A stretch of DNA of 64,000 nucleotides from Raillietiella orientalis (taxonomy: Eukaryota): positions 4,898,001 through 4,962,000 of the forward strand of contig JAYWIR010000007.1 of NCBI GenBank assembly GCA_036172245.1, written 5' to 3'. The position numbers and the translations under genes are program-made. The notes beneath the pieces are model-generated. The model had not been told where the DNA came from, made no database searches, and saw only the letters and a program-made list of their open reading frames with translations. Of the stretch, positions 39,601-53,627 are shown piece by piece. How positions within the stretch are numbered: position 1 is the first letter of the stretch; each line of letters begins with the position of its first letter.

Positions 39601-41743
39601 ATTTGTGTTCTCGCAAGTTTTTTTTTCCCATGAAATTAATGTGCTCATGAAACGTTTATTCTAATGTTTGTCATAATTTCAAGTACAGTAATTTTGTTTT
39701 TGTTTAGGATATAATTGTGAAATTAGTAACAAAAACTTTGGGTGACAAATACTATAAGAAAAAAGGAATCGTCAAAGAAGTTGTAGATGATTATTCAGGG
39801 ATTATAAAGATGCATTGGGGTGACAGGTGTATTCTGAATCGACGTTAGTGATGCAGAAAGACAGAAAGATTAAAGAGTAGTGAGATTCTGATAAAAAGTA
39901 CTTTGTATGTTTGTGAAGCGTACTATGTTGGATACCTGTTTAAAAGGCATTAACTGTAGTCGTAAATCGTGACATATTACTTATTCAGTGTGCAAAACTG
40001 CATTGTCATTACTTTGTTATGCGCATTTATGGTTCAGTCTTCTAGATTTTCCAATTTAGCTACACAATTTAAATTTGGTAGTACTATGAGACCAAAAAGT
40101 TTAGTTGTACAGGCTTAAAACACGGAATTTTTTATTCAATTATTTATTTTGCAGATATGTCTTTTTTCGAATGCGTGTTGTTGTTACTCAGTTAACATAA
40201 AGTCATAATTCTTTAACTAATTATTATTATTAGAAAATGCTGCTACCATATTCACCGAAAGACAACTCGCGCACTCGAAAGTTCCCCCTAAAGCTTTCTC
40301 ATGTACATCAGCCTTTTCCTTGTGTCCTCACTTATCCAAACAGTTTTCAGTTCAGTTCAGTTGAGGTTTTTATATCACTCATATTCTGTCTTTTTGTTTT
40401 GTTGCTTTGTGTTTTGGAGTGCAAGGTGAAAAGAAATGAGTACTTTTGGCTGGGTAGCAATAAGGATTTCAAATGTAGTTTTTCAGTTGAAGTCTCTTAC
40501 GAACACAAGATGTTTATTCAATTAAAACACGTAAATCATTGGAGAAAGTAATATTCGAATTCGTTATTATTATTCGGGGAATTCAAGAATTTCAAATAAA
40601 GTTCACTTAAGAGATTTGTTCTAATGCTGACGAAAGACATGCAAAACTGCAGGAAATATTTCACCCAGGTTGGATGTAATGAATATAGACAAAAGTCCTA
40701 GAGCAGTCAAGTTTCGGAAAGTGGAAAACAATGCAAGAAATTTATCTGTAGTTTTTTTTTTTTTTTCGTTTAGACTAACATGATCTGTTCTGTATTTTTT
40801 TTAAAAACTGAACTTCTCTTGGCTAAGAAGAGTTAGAACTGAAAAAGGCTTATCTGTTTTTGTGGCTCTTATTGACACATAAATTAAATATTGCAGGAAT
40901 TTTGGACTAAGAAGCTGAAAAGATTTTGGCTCTCCGAAAGCTTTGTTTTCTTTGCCAGAATTTCTGTATTTACGGTTTAGATATGCATTTTTTCAAGTAG
41001 AGAGAGTTCAAACAACAGAATCCAAAGATTTCTGTCAAACACCACCACATTTTATTTTGAAATCTTGAGTACATTGAGAGAATTTGTATGCAAATGTAAA
41101 AGTAATCTCAATATGTTGAAGAGTAATTAGTGAATAGGTTCCTAATTTTTCTACCCTGCATAAAATACACAAGAAGAAACTTCGTATTTGATGAGCTCGA
41201 GTACAGTAAGTACAGGACATTCCAAATTCGTTGGGTATCCACTCAGATGATTGTCATAAAATTGGATTAAAAGACGGAAAATCCATTTATCAAGTTTTAA
41301 AACCAACTACGAATTGCAAAGTAACTTTAATTACCCTCTTACATACATAACGAGGAATTTTGGAGAAAATTTTCTGATTTCTCAATAATAGCTGTATAGT
41401 TCAAAGGTTAATGAAATACTTGAAACAAAGATAAAGGGATCTGATTTCCCTAAACATGGATCAAACTTAAATTCTGCAATGGAACAAAAAAATTATGCAA
41501 ATGCCTTCCATGTAGTGTACCATTATGAGCTTTATTTTAAGCTAGTTTTTGTTACCAAATAATGAAGAATAAATTCGTTTTTCGTTTAGGTCATAGTTGT
41601 CTTCTTTTGGGGTACACTAATGTGTATCTGTATAACGGTTTCTTTAGATGCATGTGTATCTTTTCCAGGGTTTGACCAAAGGAAGAACCATTAAAGGAAT
41701 ATCATATGATGATATTTGCAAATTGAATGTGGAAACATCCTGA
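30697..41743 (+). CDS. KIN: DNA/RNA-binding protein KIN17, about 396 aa, 6 exons
   Basis: Exons 30697-31127 (KAKGLQKLRWYCQMCQKQCRDENGFKCH, HLHMNATSW.TLTGFVKYLGR), 31447-31543, 33902-34219, 38271-38439 (YYKKKG, KLDQEHVETVIP), 38484-38584 (VNGAYRG), 41669-41743 (YDDICKL); 1191 nt in frame. Confidence 0.97.
34955..36162 (+). mobile_element. Decayed mariner-like DNA transposon in KIN17 intron 3
   Basis: About 1.2 kb with degenerate TIRs (left TTGTTCAATAAGTTCAC; right GTGAACTTATTTAAGGAACAA). Transposase-like remnants in order: GDRRQGMSNAAQSG (HTH/GRP region), LHIDECSH (DNA.PH region), LASSNF..LRDKQFWNDSDVKAAV (after the YSPDL region). Confidence 0.6.
39593..39813 (+). repeat. Partial duplicate of KIN17 intron-3 end plus exon 4 (source about 38156-38376)
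   Basis: About 220-bp near-identical copy with intact TTTGTTTAG acceptor (39707|39708), reading DIIVKLVTKTLGDKYYKKKGIVKEVVDDYSGIIKM. Confidence 0.92.
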
Positions 41744-43677
41744 GTTCAATGTAAGAATGCACTTATAGTTTAGTTTCTGACAGTAAAAAAAATAAAGAAA
41801 ATGAATAATGTAATTAAATTAAAATGTGCAGTATAGTATGTCAGCTGCACATACAAATGACGTGTCTTGTTATAATTACATGTACTCACTTTTATACAAA
41901 TTTTTGTATTTGTCAATATCTGTATAAAATAGGCATCACAGTTTAATAAATTCGGTTACAAAGTTGTGTCCGAGCAAGTTTTATCGATACGGGCTCATAT
42001 ACTTTGTTGTATTGTGCAATGTTGTGCTTTTATGAGTTATTTTTTATTGCAATAAAATCGCGGGTTGTGTAGTTTTTTCATATTATTTTTTGGGTAGAAA
42101 GGCAGTGGTATGATCACTGGTTCTGATTTTGAAAGAAGCATGGTGTGATTTCGCTTACTAGTTACTTGACAATTTTTTTTGAATCCATAAGAAATGCTTA
42201 TTACAGGTGATTTCATTTCTGATTTTCATGCATAGCAAGTTCCTTCAATCACCAAGTTTTGCCTTTTGCTCAAATGTAATTATTTTTGAGAGAGAGATGA
42301 AGTTACTAACTAAAGTCTCGAAAGGTATATGGTAGCTAGATGCGTTTCTGAAAGTGACTAATATTAAACATATTGCTGTTTGAAACGAAATAAAAATGCT
42401 TGCCAATATGATGTGCATTTTTGTTCTTGTTATATTTATTACTTAATTGTGATTTTATCTTTTTAGGAGGACACAGTCTGAGTTTAAATATTTTCGTTGA
42501 TGGGAGGATGCAGCTGTTTCAAGTGTTTAAATACCATTAAACAAACAGCTGCATGCTGATGAAGAAAAATAGCATCATCATAGGGCCCCAATGGATGCGA
42601 TAGTAACTTCCTGTGCATCTTTTGAAGATGTTTCAGATACAAGAGTAGAGAATCTGCCGTGAAAGAAAATTAATTTTTCCTGTTAACTTTGCAGCTGTTT
42701 TCACACAAATAGATCTTCTTAAAAGAATGTTGTGAAGCAATATTATAACATATCGTAATAATGTCCCTGGTTAGAAGTCCTTTAGTGTATTTTAAGTACC
42801 AGCTTTCACTTATAGGGTTTCAAAGGATAAAATTAGGTAAATCCACCTGTCAAGTGTGGTATTAGTTCGTCCCTCAAAAATATTACCAATCTAAAGGCAG
42901 ATGTGAATAACCACAAAGTATCTCAGCCATAAATGGTGGTTTATGTCACCTCACAATTCAGTAGAAGATCATGACGTATAAAGTTTCGTGATTAATTTTG
43001 TGGCTTCTTTAATAGTAATATACGAATAAGTGTCAAAATGTTTGTAAAATATTCACTAGATTGCCTCCATTTAGTCAATCATACCTTCCAAAATCTTCCA
43101 ATCATTTTGCTAACAGATGATATACATACATATCAGGTACATCGGTAATAATATCTCTCCCTAATTTACGAAAATCATGTTCATGCCATTACAAAACTCT
43201 TAATTTTTTTTTTCTTCTCAAAGTTAGATTGTAAACTGGGGAAATCTTTTGGAACAATTAGTTTTTAGCAGCACATAGCAGTGGGTTAAATAACTTAGTC
43301 CAAGCAAGGATTTTGCAAAGTATCTTCTTTCCTTTGATATTTCTGTAATTGTTTCTATAATTGACTTATAGTGACCCCTTAAGCACCCCTCCCTCCCCAT
43401 TTTTTCTTTTTTAAAAAATGGTACTAGACAGAAATGTGCGCAAAAGATTAGGCATAGACGTAAATTCTTATGTAAATCATGGCCAATATGTACTTAACTA
43501 AATACTTTTCAGTATCAAAATGCATCCAATGACCTATTATTGATTATTCAATGATAGTTAATAATTAGTTAATAATTCAACTCAAAAGTGGTTCCAAACA
43601 ATAATTTCAATGGTTTTCCGTGACCCCATGGAAACAATTTATATATAAATAAGCACTAATATGTTTTAAACCATAGC

Positions 43678-46600
43678 TTTTTTTTTTTTTTTTTGGAGAT
43701 GGGATAGTTTGTTGTTGATCGCGAACGCTGTCCATGTGATCTGCATTAATGCAGTTTATCTCCTGGTAGTCGGTCGGGTTATTTGGTCGGCAGTATCACA
43801 TTTTAAATCTTGTCTAAAATGTTGCAATAGGTCCCGGGGGATGGGGGTGGGGGAGGAACAATCCACATGAACGGATTCTTATCTTTGGATTAAATCTGAC
43901 ATTATTTCGGTGGCTTGAATATTTCTACTTATGCATTGGACGGTTCCTCCTACCAAGATGTTTCTGATGAAGAAGGCCTGATATCGGGTTGAAGAAGGGG
44001 ATGTTTCCTTAACCTCAAAAAGCCCGTTCAGAGCACCGTCCCTCGTTGGATTATACAAGGTCTCCTTGCTTGACCACTTTCCAGTCCAGTTGAAGTGCTT
44101 GAAAGATGAAAACGTGAAGCAGGATCTCTGAGGTTCCACATGCTTTGCAAAGCTCATTCTGGAATTTTTCTTCACCATTCGGTGTTCTTGCCACGCAGAA
44201 TGCTACCGTGATAAAGCATTTCAGGTCGGAAGGCTGACTTCCGATCTGAAATGCATAGTTCTTACTGCTCGATACTCTGAACAAAATTCTCGTTCTCATG
44301 ACTTTTAGGCTCCTTCATGGCCGTCGATAACCGTCCTGATTCCGTGGAGTGACAGAACCATTTTGATACATGGGCTTTCCATAATTCGTGGGTTTCGTAG
44401 CTGCTTACTTCGATGCTACGTTTGTATTTGTACACCCATGCTGCCATACATCCGTGGAGATTTCAATGCAAAAGCATCACAAGTTGATGTTTTCCGTCGT
44501 TGAAGCAACACCCTGTTAGATCATAGAGTGGGAAGGAAGAGTGTCCTTACCACAACCAGTTCTTTTCCCGAGCTCTTCCCCTTTTCCCCCGATTCTATTT
44601 GCTTCTAGGAACCGCACTGAAATCCTGTTGTACCAGCTTTTGCTTCCTCGGCAATGTGAGGTCAAGGATATGCTACTCTGCACGCTTCCAAGATAGTTGT
44701 TGAAATACACTTAAGTCGTATATCGTACATCCATTTCCCATGTGCCCTACTAGCGAAGAAGGGTAACTCATCCTATTCATGGATAATTCTCAGGATTTGT
44801 CTGGTCCCCAACTTCCATCCAGTCTTATGTCCTGAATTCCACTTCCACTTTTTGCACATAAACAAGGGATGTTTTTCATTTTGATTAAACTTATGTCTTC
44901 CATATAAGCCTTTTTTGCACGATCTGTAAGTGTTTCTTGATGTTCCCCGAGGTGGAATGGGTCTCAACAAACAGGATCTCGAGATTATAAGGCTCTTTTC
45001 TACAGATTAGCCCTTTCGTATTGTCTTCAATGTGACCTATTGTATTTGAACGATTTCTATTGCGAACTCTTCAGGATTTCGTTGCATACGTTCATCGCTG
45101 ACAGTTGCTAACGTCCAATTATCGGTGCTATCCATCACCCGGAATCCTCCCGATGTTAAGATGGTAAGACTGACGATTCTCTTGGTGAAGAGATGAGATA
45201 TGGGCGCTGACCTTTAGGCTCGACTGCACTTGCGTTGCCTATAGCACTTATTAGTCAGCTTTGTCCTTTATTATGAATAGCCAGTGATGCTTATACTCCG
45301 ATTGCATGAGGGAATCTTCTCTCGCTTTTCCTTTCTGGCTACCAGGCTTGATCAGAGATGCCACAATCAGTTGACCAATAACATGAAACCGAGGGAATCT
45401 TGTCGAATGCTCCTTTTCATGGCAATGCGTCAACCCTGCCATTGATCATGGTGTGCAAGATACTCTCCTACCATCCAATCAGGTTGCGAAGGATCGCGGG
45501 AGAAAGCCCAGTACCTCCAAGATTTCGACTAGCATTTCGTGTTCTAGCAGAAAGTTCTTATGATATCGGTCAACTCTAGGATCAAGTCACTTCCGCTGAG
45601 AGGGTGAAATCGCACGAAGGCTTGGGCGCATTTGATGTTCTCCCTCCTACATGTGTCTTCCAGTTACTGCACATGTCTGGAAGAAAGATATCACAGGCCT
45701 CAGTACAGAATCCTGGCCTGTTGTCCCAGATCTTCGGCAAACACTTTACGTCCATTTTCAACGTCCATAGGCTTCGACTGAATGACTTTGGTGAGGTAAA
45801 TTTCTCTTGAGAAGTAACCACATCTTATTGTGATGAACGGACTACAGGAAAGTACCTTGTTCCTGCTCCTTTTTCAAGAATTCTCGAAACAGGTTCAGGT
45901 ACGGAGGCTGACTAGAAAAACTAGTCAGGCCCTAGCAAAAGTCTGTTGTTGTCCGTTACGGACAGATGTTTGCTGTGGAAGAGAGTCCTATAGTATTGTT
46001 CAGATGCCTCCATTGTGTCTTCCATCGTGAAGCAAAAATATCTCCGTTCTTTATATGGAAGATGTCCGTCAGATTATTACTTTTCTCCGATAACCCAATG
46101 TCTCATTTCACATTCTTATTCACGCTATCTTCTTTTATATCGCCTCCAATACAAAGAATGCGAGAACTCGGAAAGATTCATTTCTTCGTGCGCTTCCTAT
46201 GATGGTATCTAGCCCCGCATTTCATGCCAATGAATCGTTGAAACTCATTCTCCACAGGTCCTCATCCTCGATCCTTAGCACATTGGTAGTCTCAGAACAG
46301 CTTTTATGAGTCCTCGATAAGTGAGGTAGACTTCGGATCACGGAGGCACGGTAATAAGTGCAGACCTTCTCCGGTGTGCCTTGAGTGAATTTTCTGATTG
46401 TGGATTGCAGCAAATGGTGGTCGAAAGAAGGACATTGAGAATCTCAGAAAGCTTGCATGGGTCCAAGGGTACTATTCTCCGTGTACCGAGATCGAACATC
46501 CGCAATAACTTCCTTCCTGAATGCATCGAGTGGGACGTTTCCATCAACTATACCTGTATTTCGAATGCGTGCGTTTGGACTATGGATCGCTTGGACGGTT

Positions 46601-47310
46601 TGGACAATGACCATTGGAATTTCCGACAAAGTTCATCCGCGAAGCATGAATTATAAAATCATCTTGCAAGACAAGCCATCGATTGCCAGACTGGCTAAGC
46701 AGCACAAACCATGGATACGGCGTACCGTCCTTCCCCACATTCTTCATATGTATCGCATTTAATAAAGACATGGTCGATTGCTGTATGGTCTGCATTGGTT
46801 GATTCAGGCCGCGTTCTCAGTTTTCGATAGTTGCTCGTTCCCTATTTATCCCAATACTGCTGAGCGTTTAGGTTCACATGAAGGTCTCCAAGAATGCCTA
46901 CGATATCCTTTTCTAAGCACTTGCTCTTGGATCGATCCTTTAGAGACTGTGTGAATGATTCTAGTGATGATAAGGTCCACAAGCTTTGCCAAGAAGAAAT
47001 GAACGTTGGCAGACCAGAACATTCTCAGTCCCAGGATTCAGCTGTTCTGAGCTCTGCGATAGTCTGCCATAGTCCATGTTTCAAGAGGTCCACACTCCCG
47101 TTGAGGATGTAGTTTCATCAATGGCTAGAATTTGGGCGTGAAGAGTGTGTTCCACCTTCTATTTCGGTACGGAACTCAATTCATGAGTGTCTTCGAGAAA
47201 TGTCACGTCTGCATCCTGGAGCAGCCATGATATCTCAAGCAGTCCTTATAGTCAGTACTATGAACATACACTCGGAAAATTGGTCTCCGCGATACACGAT
47301 TCGATTAGAC
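43678..47310 (-). mobile_element. Old, heavily decayed non-LTR retrotransposon of the same family as 48252-54016
   Basis: Broken frames read KIWDNRPG, VISFFQTCAVTGRHM, ENIKCAQAF (45620-45740), matching KIWANRSG, LISPVQTCAIPGRHM, DNVKCAQAT of the neighbour; also MING..SIRQDSL..ML. A 17-T run at 43678-43694 is the likely poly(A) tail. 5' limit approximate. Confidence 0.75.
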
Positions 47311-48353
47311 CAAAAAAAAAAAATCCACTTGAAATATTAAGTTTCAGTAATAGCAAGCCAATCAAGTATTCTACAGTTGCAAATAGAGAACTGGATCGTA
47401 CTTTAAGGCCGTTCCATTCCTAAAATTCGCATGAGTCGATGCCAAAATATTTTAACACTATCAATACCAATTTATCCAGAACAAAAAAAAAGACACGAGA
47501 GTGTTCCAGCGTGAAATGTGAAAGTGCAACATAAAAGTTGAAAGAAACAACCCAAAGTCATCTGACACACAAAATTGCCGACAAATGCAAAAGCGATTTC
47601 AGCAAATCATTATTATCATGGATTTTTAACTAATTTCTTCTACCTTCGTGGTTAGCATAGAAACAACTCAGGAGTATACAGACATATGATAGATATTTGA
47701 ATCCACAATAAGTAATATAAGTTAGTTTATTTGTTTGCACGCTTCTTACGATTGGAACTCTTTAGGAATGACATTTCTTATCATTCAGTTTTTTGTATTG
47801 ATGAGAGAGCGAGTTTTTGTATGAAACAGTTTACAATCAGAACTGTGGAGAGAACTGTGATTAAAAGTTTCAAGCTTATGAGCTGAGAAGCAAAATAATC
47901 CTCTAAATCTTGATTTTTTGTTCATCTCCGAAAACTTTCTCGTCTTTGGTCTTATCTCTGTATGAATTTTGAGACTCGGGATGAAGCATCAAGCATTTAG
48001 TTTCTAAGCAATACAAAAGGAAAAAAAGAGACAATTAGATGCTTACATTTGTGATGCTATCTTTTTTTTTACAGAAACATCGGAAAGCTAGCAAACATGC
48101 AAATAGGACCCATGCTAAAAAAAACAAAGACAGACGCATTATTATGCACCATATGTCTGTGACATTTTTCTTTTAGGGAACTATCGAATATTATCTGAAC
48201 AATGTATAGCGATTTCTAATTTTCCCCAGGTCCCAATTTGGGTGGGGTAAATTTATTTTTCAATTTTTAACACACATTCATACCACAATCACATTCACGC
48301 TTCTGGCACTATATTACCACTTTGAAGTCCTTGGGGTGTCACAAGTTCTTCAC

Positions 48354-51300
48354 TCAGGGTGGGTTTCCAGATGTTTGGTCCCGGTCGTCATCCTCAATCC
48401 TCTTCAGGATGAATCGGTACGTCCATGCTTGGAGTCGTCCACAGTTCCTGATGCCGATTTCCTTCTTGATGAGTCCTTGCAGGATCTCCATCGAGGGTGC
48501 GGCTCTTCTCGCTTTCCTCATCTTCCACCACCGCACAAGTATGGCGGTGATGAAGAGAGCAATGGTCGTCCTCACCATGGGATTGTAGCAGGGAACATTA
48601 CCATCTCCCTGAAACATTCCAGCGAGGATCTCCATTGTGGAGCTGGTGGTGAGTCCAATGATCCTTTTCAGGATCAGCCAGTCGTATAGCAATGTGGCAC
48701 ACGTCAAAATATGTAATCTTGTGTCAATGTCACCACATGCCGTGCAGTCTTCGTCTTCCCGTCTTCTAGTGTCGTGCTTTAGCCTGGACCCGCTCTGGAA
48801 TCCTCCGTGATAGAACATCAGGAGGTTGTCCTGGGTGTCCGGCGGAAGGTCACTCCTCCAGAGCGTCGAGCCGATCGCTAACAGGTTGATCCTGTCACTC
48901 CCGTAGCGATCGGCGGCTTCTTGGAGGGCACTGGTGTCTTGATACTGGTCCTTGATCATCTTCCGGAGGTTCATCTTGGTTAACCTAGACCACGCGAAGT
49001 CGTTGTGGTTTATCCACACTTCGCGGGTCTTCTGGGTGAACCTACCTTGCATCATCTCTATATACCGAAGTATACGAGTGCGATGTAGGTATCCTCCTCG
49101 TCGCCATTCCTGGATTCTATGCAGAGTAACTCTGGGCCGCTGGTAGATCCAGCTTCTCGTGTTCGGAGGGACCGGAAGCATCCACGGGATCACCAGGATG
49201 GATTCCTCCTGCCAGAGTTCCCTGCTTCTCGGCACAATCTTGATCTTGTGCTTGCGCACCAGCCGTTGCTTTCTCCTCCAGGTGGGGTCGATGTTGATCC
49301 ATTCCCCTGCTCGGCCTAGCAGCGCAGTCATTAGGCCTTTCGAGTTGTTCAACAACAACGCGTAGGCCCTATGCGCCGCGTACGGCCAGTCATCCCAGTG
49401 AGTAGCGATATCTAGGATGTGTCGTGAATCCATGATTTCCATGGAATGTGCAAGCGACTTCATCCCAGAACCGCCCTCTTCCCTGGGGCGACACAGGGGT
49501 TTTAACCTTACTCTTAGGCGATAATGCCCTCACAGTGTCTTCTTCTGCAGCTTTTCTACTTCCCTGGAGTTCTCTTTGTTCATCCTGGCGAAGGCCGCTC
49601 CGAAGAGCGCCTTTGGAAGGAGTACTCCATTCCAGAGGTTGGCCTTTCGCTTCATGCCAAAGTCCAGTCGGGTGTACTTCGCTGCTTCTTTTGCCGTTTT
49701 CCCCAGGATTTCCGTCCACAGTAGCTTCGACGCAGAGTCGTCGCCGATGTAGACTCCCAGGTACTTGGCCGCGTCCACCGTTCGGAATCCTCTCCCCGTG
49801 AGAGCGGAGAGATCCAGGATTCCGACGGGCAAAAACTGGCTCTTCTGGGCGTTAACCTTCAGGCCCAGTCCTTCTTCCGTTAGCGTCATCACATCCAGGA
49901 ACGCTTGCTGATCCCTCTCTCCCTTAATGAAGAAGAGGAGATCGTCTGCGTAAGCGAGGTGGGTGAGCTTCTGGCCGTGGATTTCCATACCCCGTAGTCG
50001 CTCGCTCTTCTCGATGAAAGAAGACAGGGCCTCCATGTAGATAACGAACAGCATCTGACTTAGCGAGTCGCCCTTCCGAACTCCCGTGCCATCCGAATGG
50101 CTGCTGTTTCTACTCCGTTGATCTTGATCCGGAAACGTTGATTCCGGAGGATCATTTCTACGAAGTTGCTGAAGTATTCCGGAAGTCCTAACTTTTCCAG
50201 AATCTTCAGCAGCCTCCCGCGATCGATGGTGTCGAAGGCTTTCTCCATGTCGGTGAACGCCAGCACCAGGTTCTCGCCGACGTATCGGCTAAGTCCCACG
50301 GTGGCCTGCGCGCACTTGACATTGTCCGACATGTGGCGTCCGGGTATCGCACATGTCTGGACGGGAGAGATCAGCCTCGACATAACCTTGCCTGAGCGGT
50401 TGGCCCAGATCTTTGCCAACTACTTGGCATCTGAGTTAAGGATTGAGATTAGCCTCCATTGGGCTATCCTGGATAGGTCGCCTCCTTTCGGCAACAATCT
50501 CGTCCTGCTCTCGTAGAAGGACTCCGGCAGTCGTCCTTCTTGTTGGATGCAGAGGGTCAGCTGGTGGAATAAACGCAGGTAGGCGTGCAGGTACCGCTGA
50601 TAGTGACTGATGGGAACACTGTCAGAGCCTGCCGCCACATCCTTGCGTAATTTCTGAAACGCAATCTCCACCTCTTCCTCGGAGAAATCCTCCTCCAATC
50701 ACTTCCGTTGGAGGTCGTCAATCTTCTTTTCAAGATGGCTCAGGAAGGTCTTCTGTATCGCCTGACACAGATGTTGTTGCCGGAAGTGTCCTGTAATGCC
50801 TTTCGAAGGCATCCACGATGTCCTCCGACGTGTGTCGGCTGTGATCGCCGTACTGGATATGGAAGATATCTATGGACAGATTCTTTTTCTCCAGCACGCC
50901 GACTTCCCCTTTTTCACTATGGAAGACGTACCAACTCTCCTACTGATTGGAGTACTTTGAAAGGGAACGATCTTGGTTGTTCAGCTCCCGGTACGCCTCC
51001 TGCCTCAGTCTCTTGTCGCCCAATTTCATATTTGCAAATAAATGGATCCTGTGCTTCAGGCTGTCCCAGTCGGCGACTCTTCGGATGGTAGTGGTCTTCA
51101 GAATAGCCTCCAAAACCTCCTGATGACAGGGATGGATCTCGAACCAGGCGGGCATGCTGATGAGCTCCGCCCTGGTGCCTTGCCTCCGCCGGGGATTTTC
51201 CGTCCTTAGGGAAAACCGCACCAACGGGTGATCCGACAACGTGGTGAGCGTGTCGCGAAAATCTTAAATGCGGTTCCCTAGTTCGGTGCTGTGAAGGACG

Positions 51301-51849
51301 TGGTCGATCAGCTTGTGGCTAGCTCTTCGCCACAGCAGCACGAACTCGTCGGACAACCGCCGACACGACGTCCTTCCTCTGGCGTCCTGGGAATGGGTGA
51401 ATTCATCCAGGATGTTGAGATCGCGAGCGACGATCACGACGTCCTTGGGCGCGACCATTGCTCGGAGTGCTGCATGCAGCGCCTCCGCACACCGATGTTT
51501 TAATCTGTGTGGCCCGTACACGCTCACCAGGAAGAGGTGAACGGTAGCGGACCACGCGACCCGGCGAGGGACAGAAGACTTCCAGAATGGTGGGGTCCAG
51601 GTGGTTCTTGATCAATACCGCCACACCTTCCGTGTTCCGCCGTCCCTCGCTGACGACCAGCTGCCCATCGAGGCATCGTTCCATTTGTTGGCTGATCTGG
51701 AGATCCAGCCTGTGGGTCTCCTGCAGGCACACGATGTCTTGAAGTGCGATGGTCTGCACAATCCTTTTTCTTTTCTCCTGGTCGATCAATCCATTTACAT
51801 TCCAGGAGGCGATGTTGTTCCTCCTGGCGGTCGATAGAGACGAGGCCAT
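48354..51849 (-). pseudogene. Retrotransposon ORF2 (APE-RT-zinc finger) with several frameshifts and stops
   Basis: IASWNVNGL, DIVCLQETH, GVAVLI, SVYGP, IDHVL, SDH (APE); LLPKGG..WRLISILNSDAK, DMEKAFD, GVRKGDSLS, LAYADDL, KYLGVYI (RT); CTACGDIDTRLHILTC (C-terminal zinc finger). Confidence 0.93.
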
Positions 51850-51888
51850 AAAGGGGAAGACCTATTTCTTGGCCTCCCTGAGCTTCTT

Positions 51889-53627
51889 CTATCTGGGAGA
51901 GCGTGGTGCTTTCGCAGAAGAAGAAGGAGCGGGCTTCTCGCTGCCAGCGTCGCTCTCCGTCCCGGTGAAGTCGGTCTGATCGGCTTCTCCGGTGGAGTGC
52001 TCGGCTCGTGCGACGAGCTCACGAGGTAATACCTCCAACGCAACCTTGGTGCAGAAGTTTGCCTTTACGTCGAGAAGCTTTTCCTCCAGCTTCTCGCGCT
52101 CTGCAGCCTCTACCACCTGGTTGACGGTTTCTTGCGCATTGCAGATTTTCTGCAGCATTTGCTCCTGCTGAGCTCCGCTTTGCGCCTCTTCCACTTCTTC
52201 AGCCAGTCTCTCCACCACTTCGGTGGTCTGCAGGGTATCCTGCGACACCGGGGTGTGTTCTGGCACCTTCGCCACCTCGCCTTCCTCCGCAGCCTCCATC
52301 CTCTCGCCTTCCTCTGCCGCTACTTCCGGGGTAAGTGGAGTTTCCTGCTCCTCTACGAGCATCTTCCTCTTCCCCTTCTCTCTCACTGCTACGAAACCGT
52401 CCGCCGAAACCGGAGCGGCCTCCTTCGCCTTGCTCAGCTTTATTGCCTTCTGAGGTTTCACCACCTCGGTCAACGCCTTGTCCCGCACGGGGAACTGGCC
52501 ACGCATAGTCCGGTAGTTGGCATACTCCGGACAGCACCACTTCGCATGCCCTGGCTGCTTGCAAAACGAGCACACCTCGGGCATGTCGCAACTGCGCACC
52601 TGGTGTCGCTGCTTCCCACAGCGGATGCAGCGAGACCTGGGCAGGCGGCCAAACGATGCCCAAAATTTTTGCAACCTGTGCAGAACACAGGTTGTTGTCT
52701 ATAGTTGACGGAGACCTCCTGTGAGTCACCGTCGATGTGCACGATCCCCGGGATCTGTGCGCCCTCTGCCATCTTTAGTTTGGCGATGACCTCGCCAGAA
52801 AAGATATTGCCAGCTACGTTCTGGAATGTCAGCTCCAGAACCTCCCCAAATTTGGACAAGGAGTCCCACACATTGAGTTGCGTGGTGGTGAGTCCCACGC
52901 CCCTCAGCAGGACGGTCGTGTACGGCATTTCGCCGATACCCCGGACCATCCTTACCTATATATTGATGTCCGTTTCAATTAGGGCCTCTCGCAGGGGTTC
53001 ACTATCCGAATAGATGGTGAACCCCGACGTACTTGGGATTATCGCCTGAATTCTGTCAAAGTCTCTATTTGTCTTGTAGAGAGACAAGTAGACTTCTCTA
53101 ATGTTGTTGAACCGGATTAAGCTGGTTTTGAAGGTGATGGACTTCACGTTCCGACCCACCCGAACGTTCGGCTCGTCCACTCTAGCCAGTTTCCCACACT
53201 CCGGCTTGCCGAATTTTCTCTGCTGCTGGGCACTAGCCTGGCCCTCCGCCACCACCGCGTACGAAAACGGCTGCACCGCGGCAGCCGAGCAAGATGGCGT
53301 CGCGCCCTGCACGCCGTTCGCCACGCGGACGCCTGCGGATACCACCAGGGATGGCGCCGCCGCCGCCGCGGGCGCGACCCTTGGCATCACCACCGCCAGC
53401 GCGACAACTGCCGCCGCCAGCGCGATCCTTGGCGTTGCCTCTGCCTCGCCATCGCCGTACGTTGCCTCCATTGCCATGGGGGACGTCGGCCTCTCCGTCG
53501 CTCCTGCTGCCTGCATCCTCGCGGCTGGTACTGCCGCTGGGGAAGTTGGCAGGGCTTCCACCGTGGACTCCTCCGCGCTGCTGCTGCAGGTGTTGCAGAT
53601 GGTCCTCGGCTGCACTATCACTCGCAC
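51889..53627 (-). pseudogene. Retrotransposon ORF1 (RRM-like region plus three CCHC zinc knuckles)
   Basis: ORFs 52956-53627, 52470-52949 and 51889-52674 join through one in-frame TAG and one frameshift. Knuckles CTGCKNFGHRLAAC, CIRCGKQRHQVRSC, CSFCKQPGHAKWC(C). True start may lie further upstream. Confidence 0.85.

Noticed and set aside
42508..42554. Imperfect hairpin ATGCAGCTGTTT...AAACAGCTGCAT
   Set aside because: Short and interrupted, with nothing else supporting an RNA gene.
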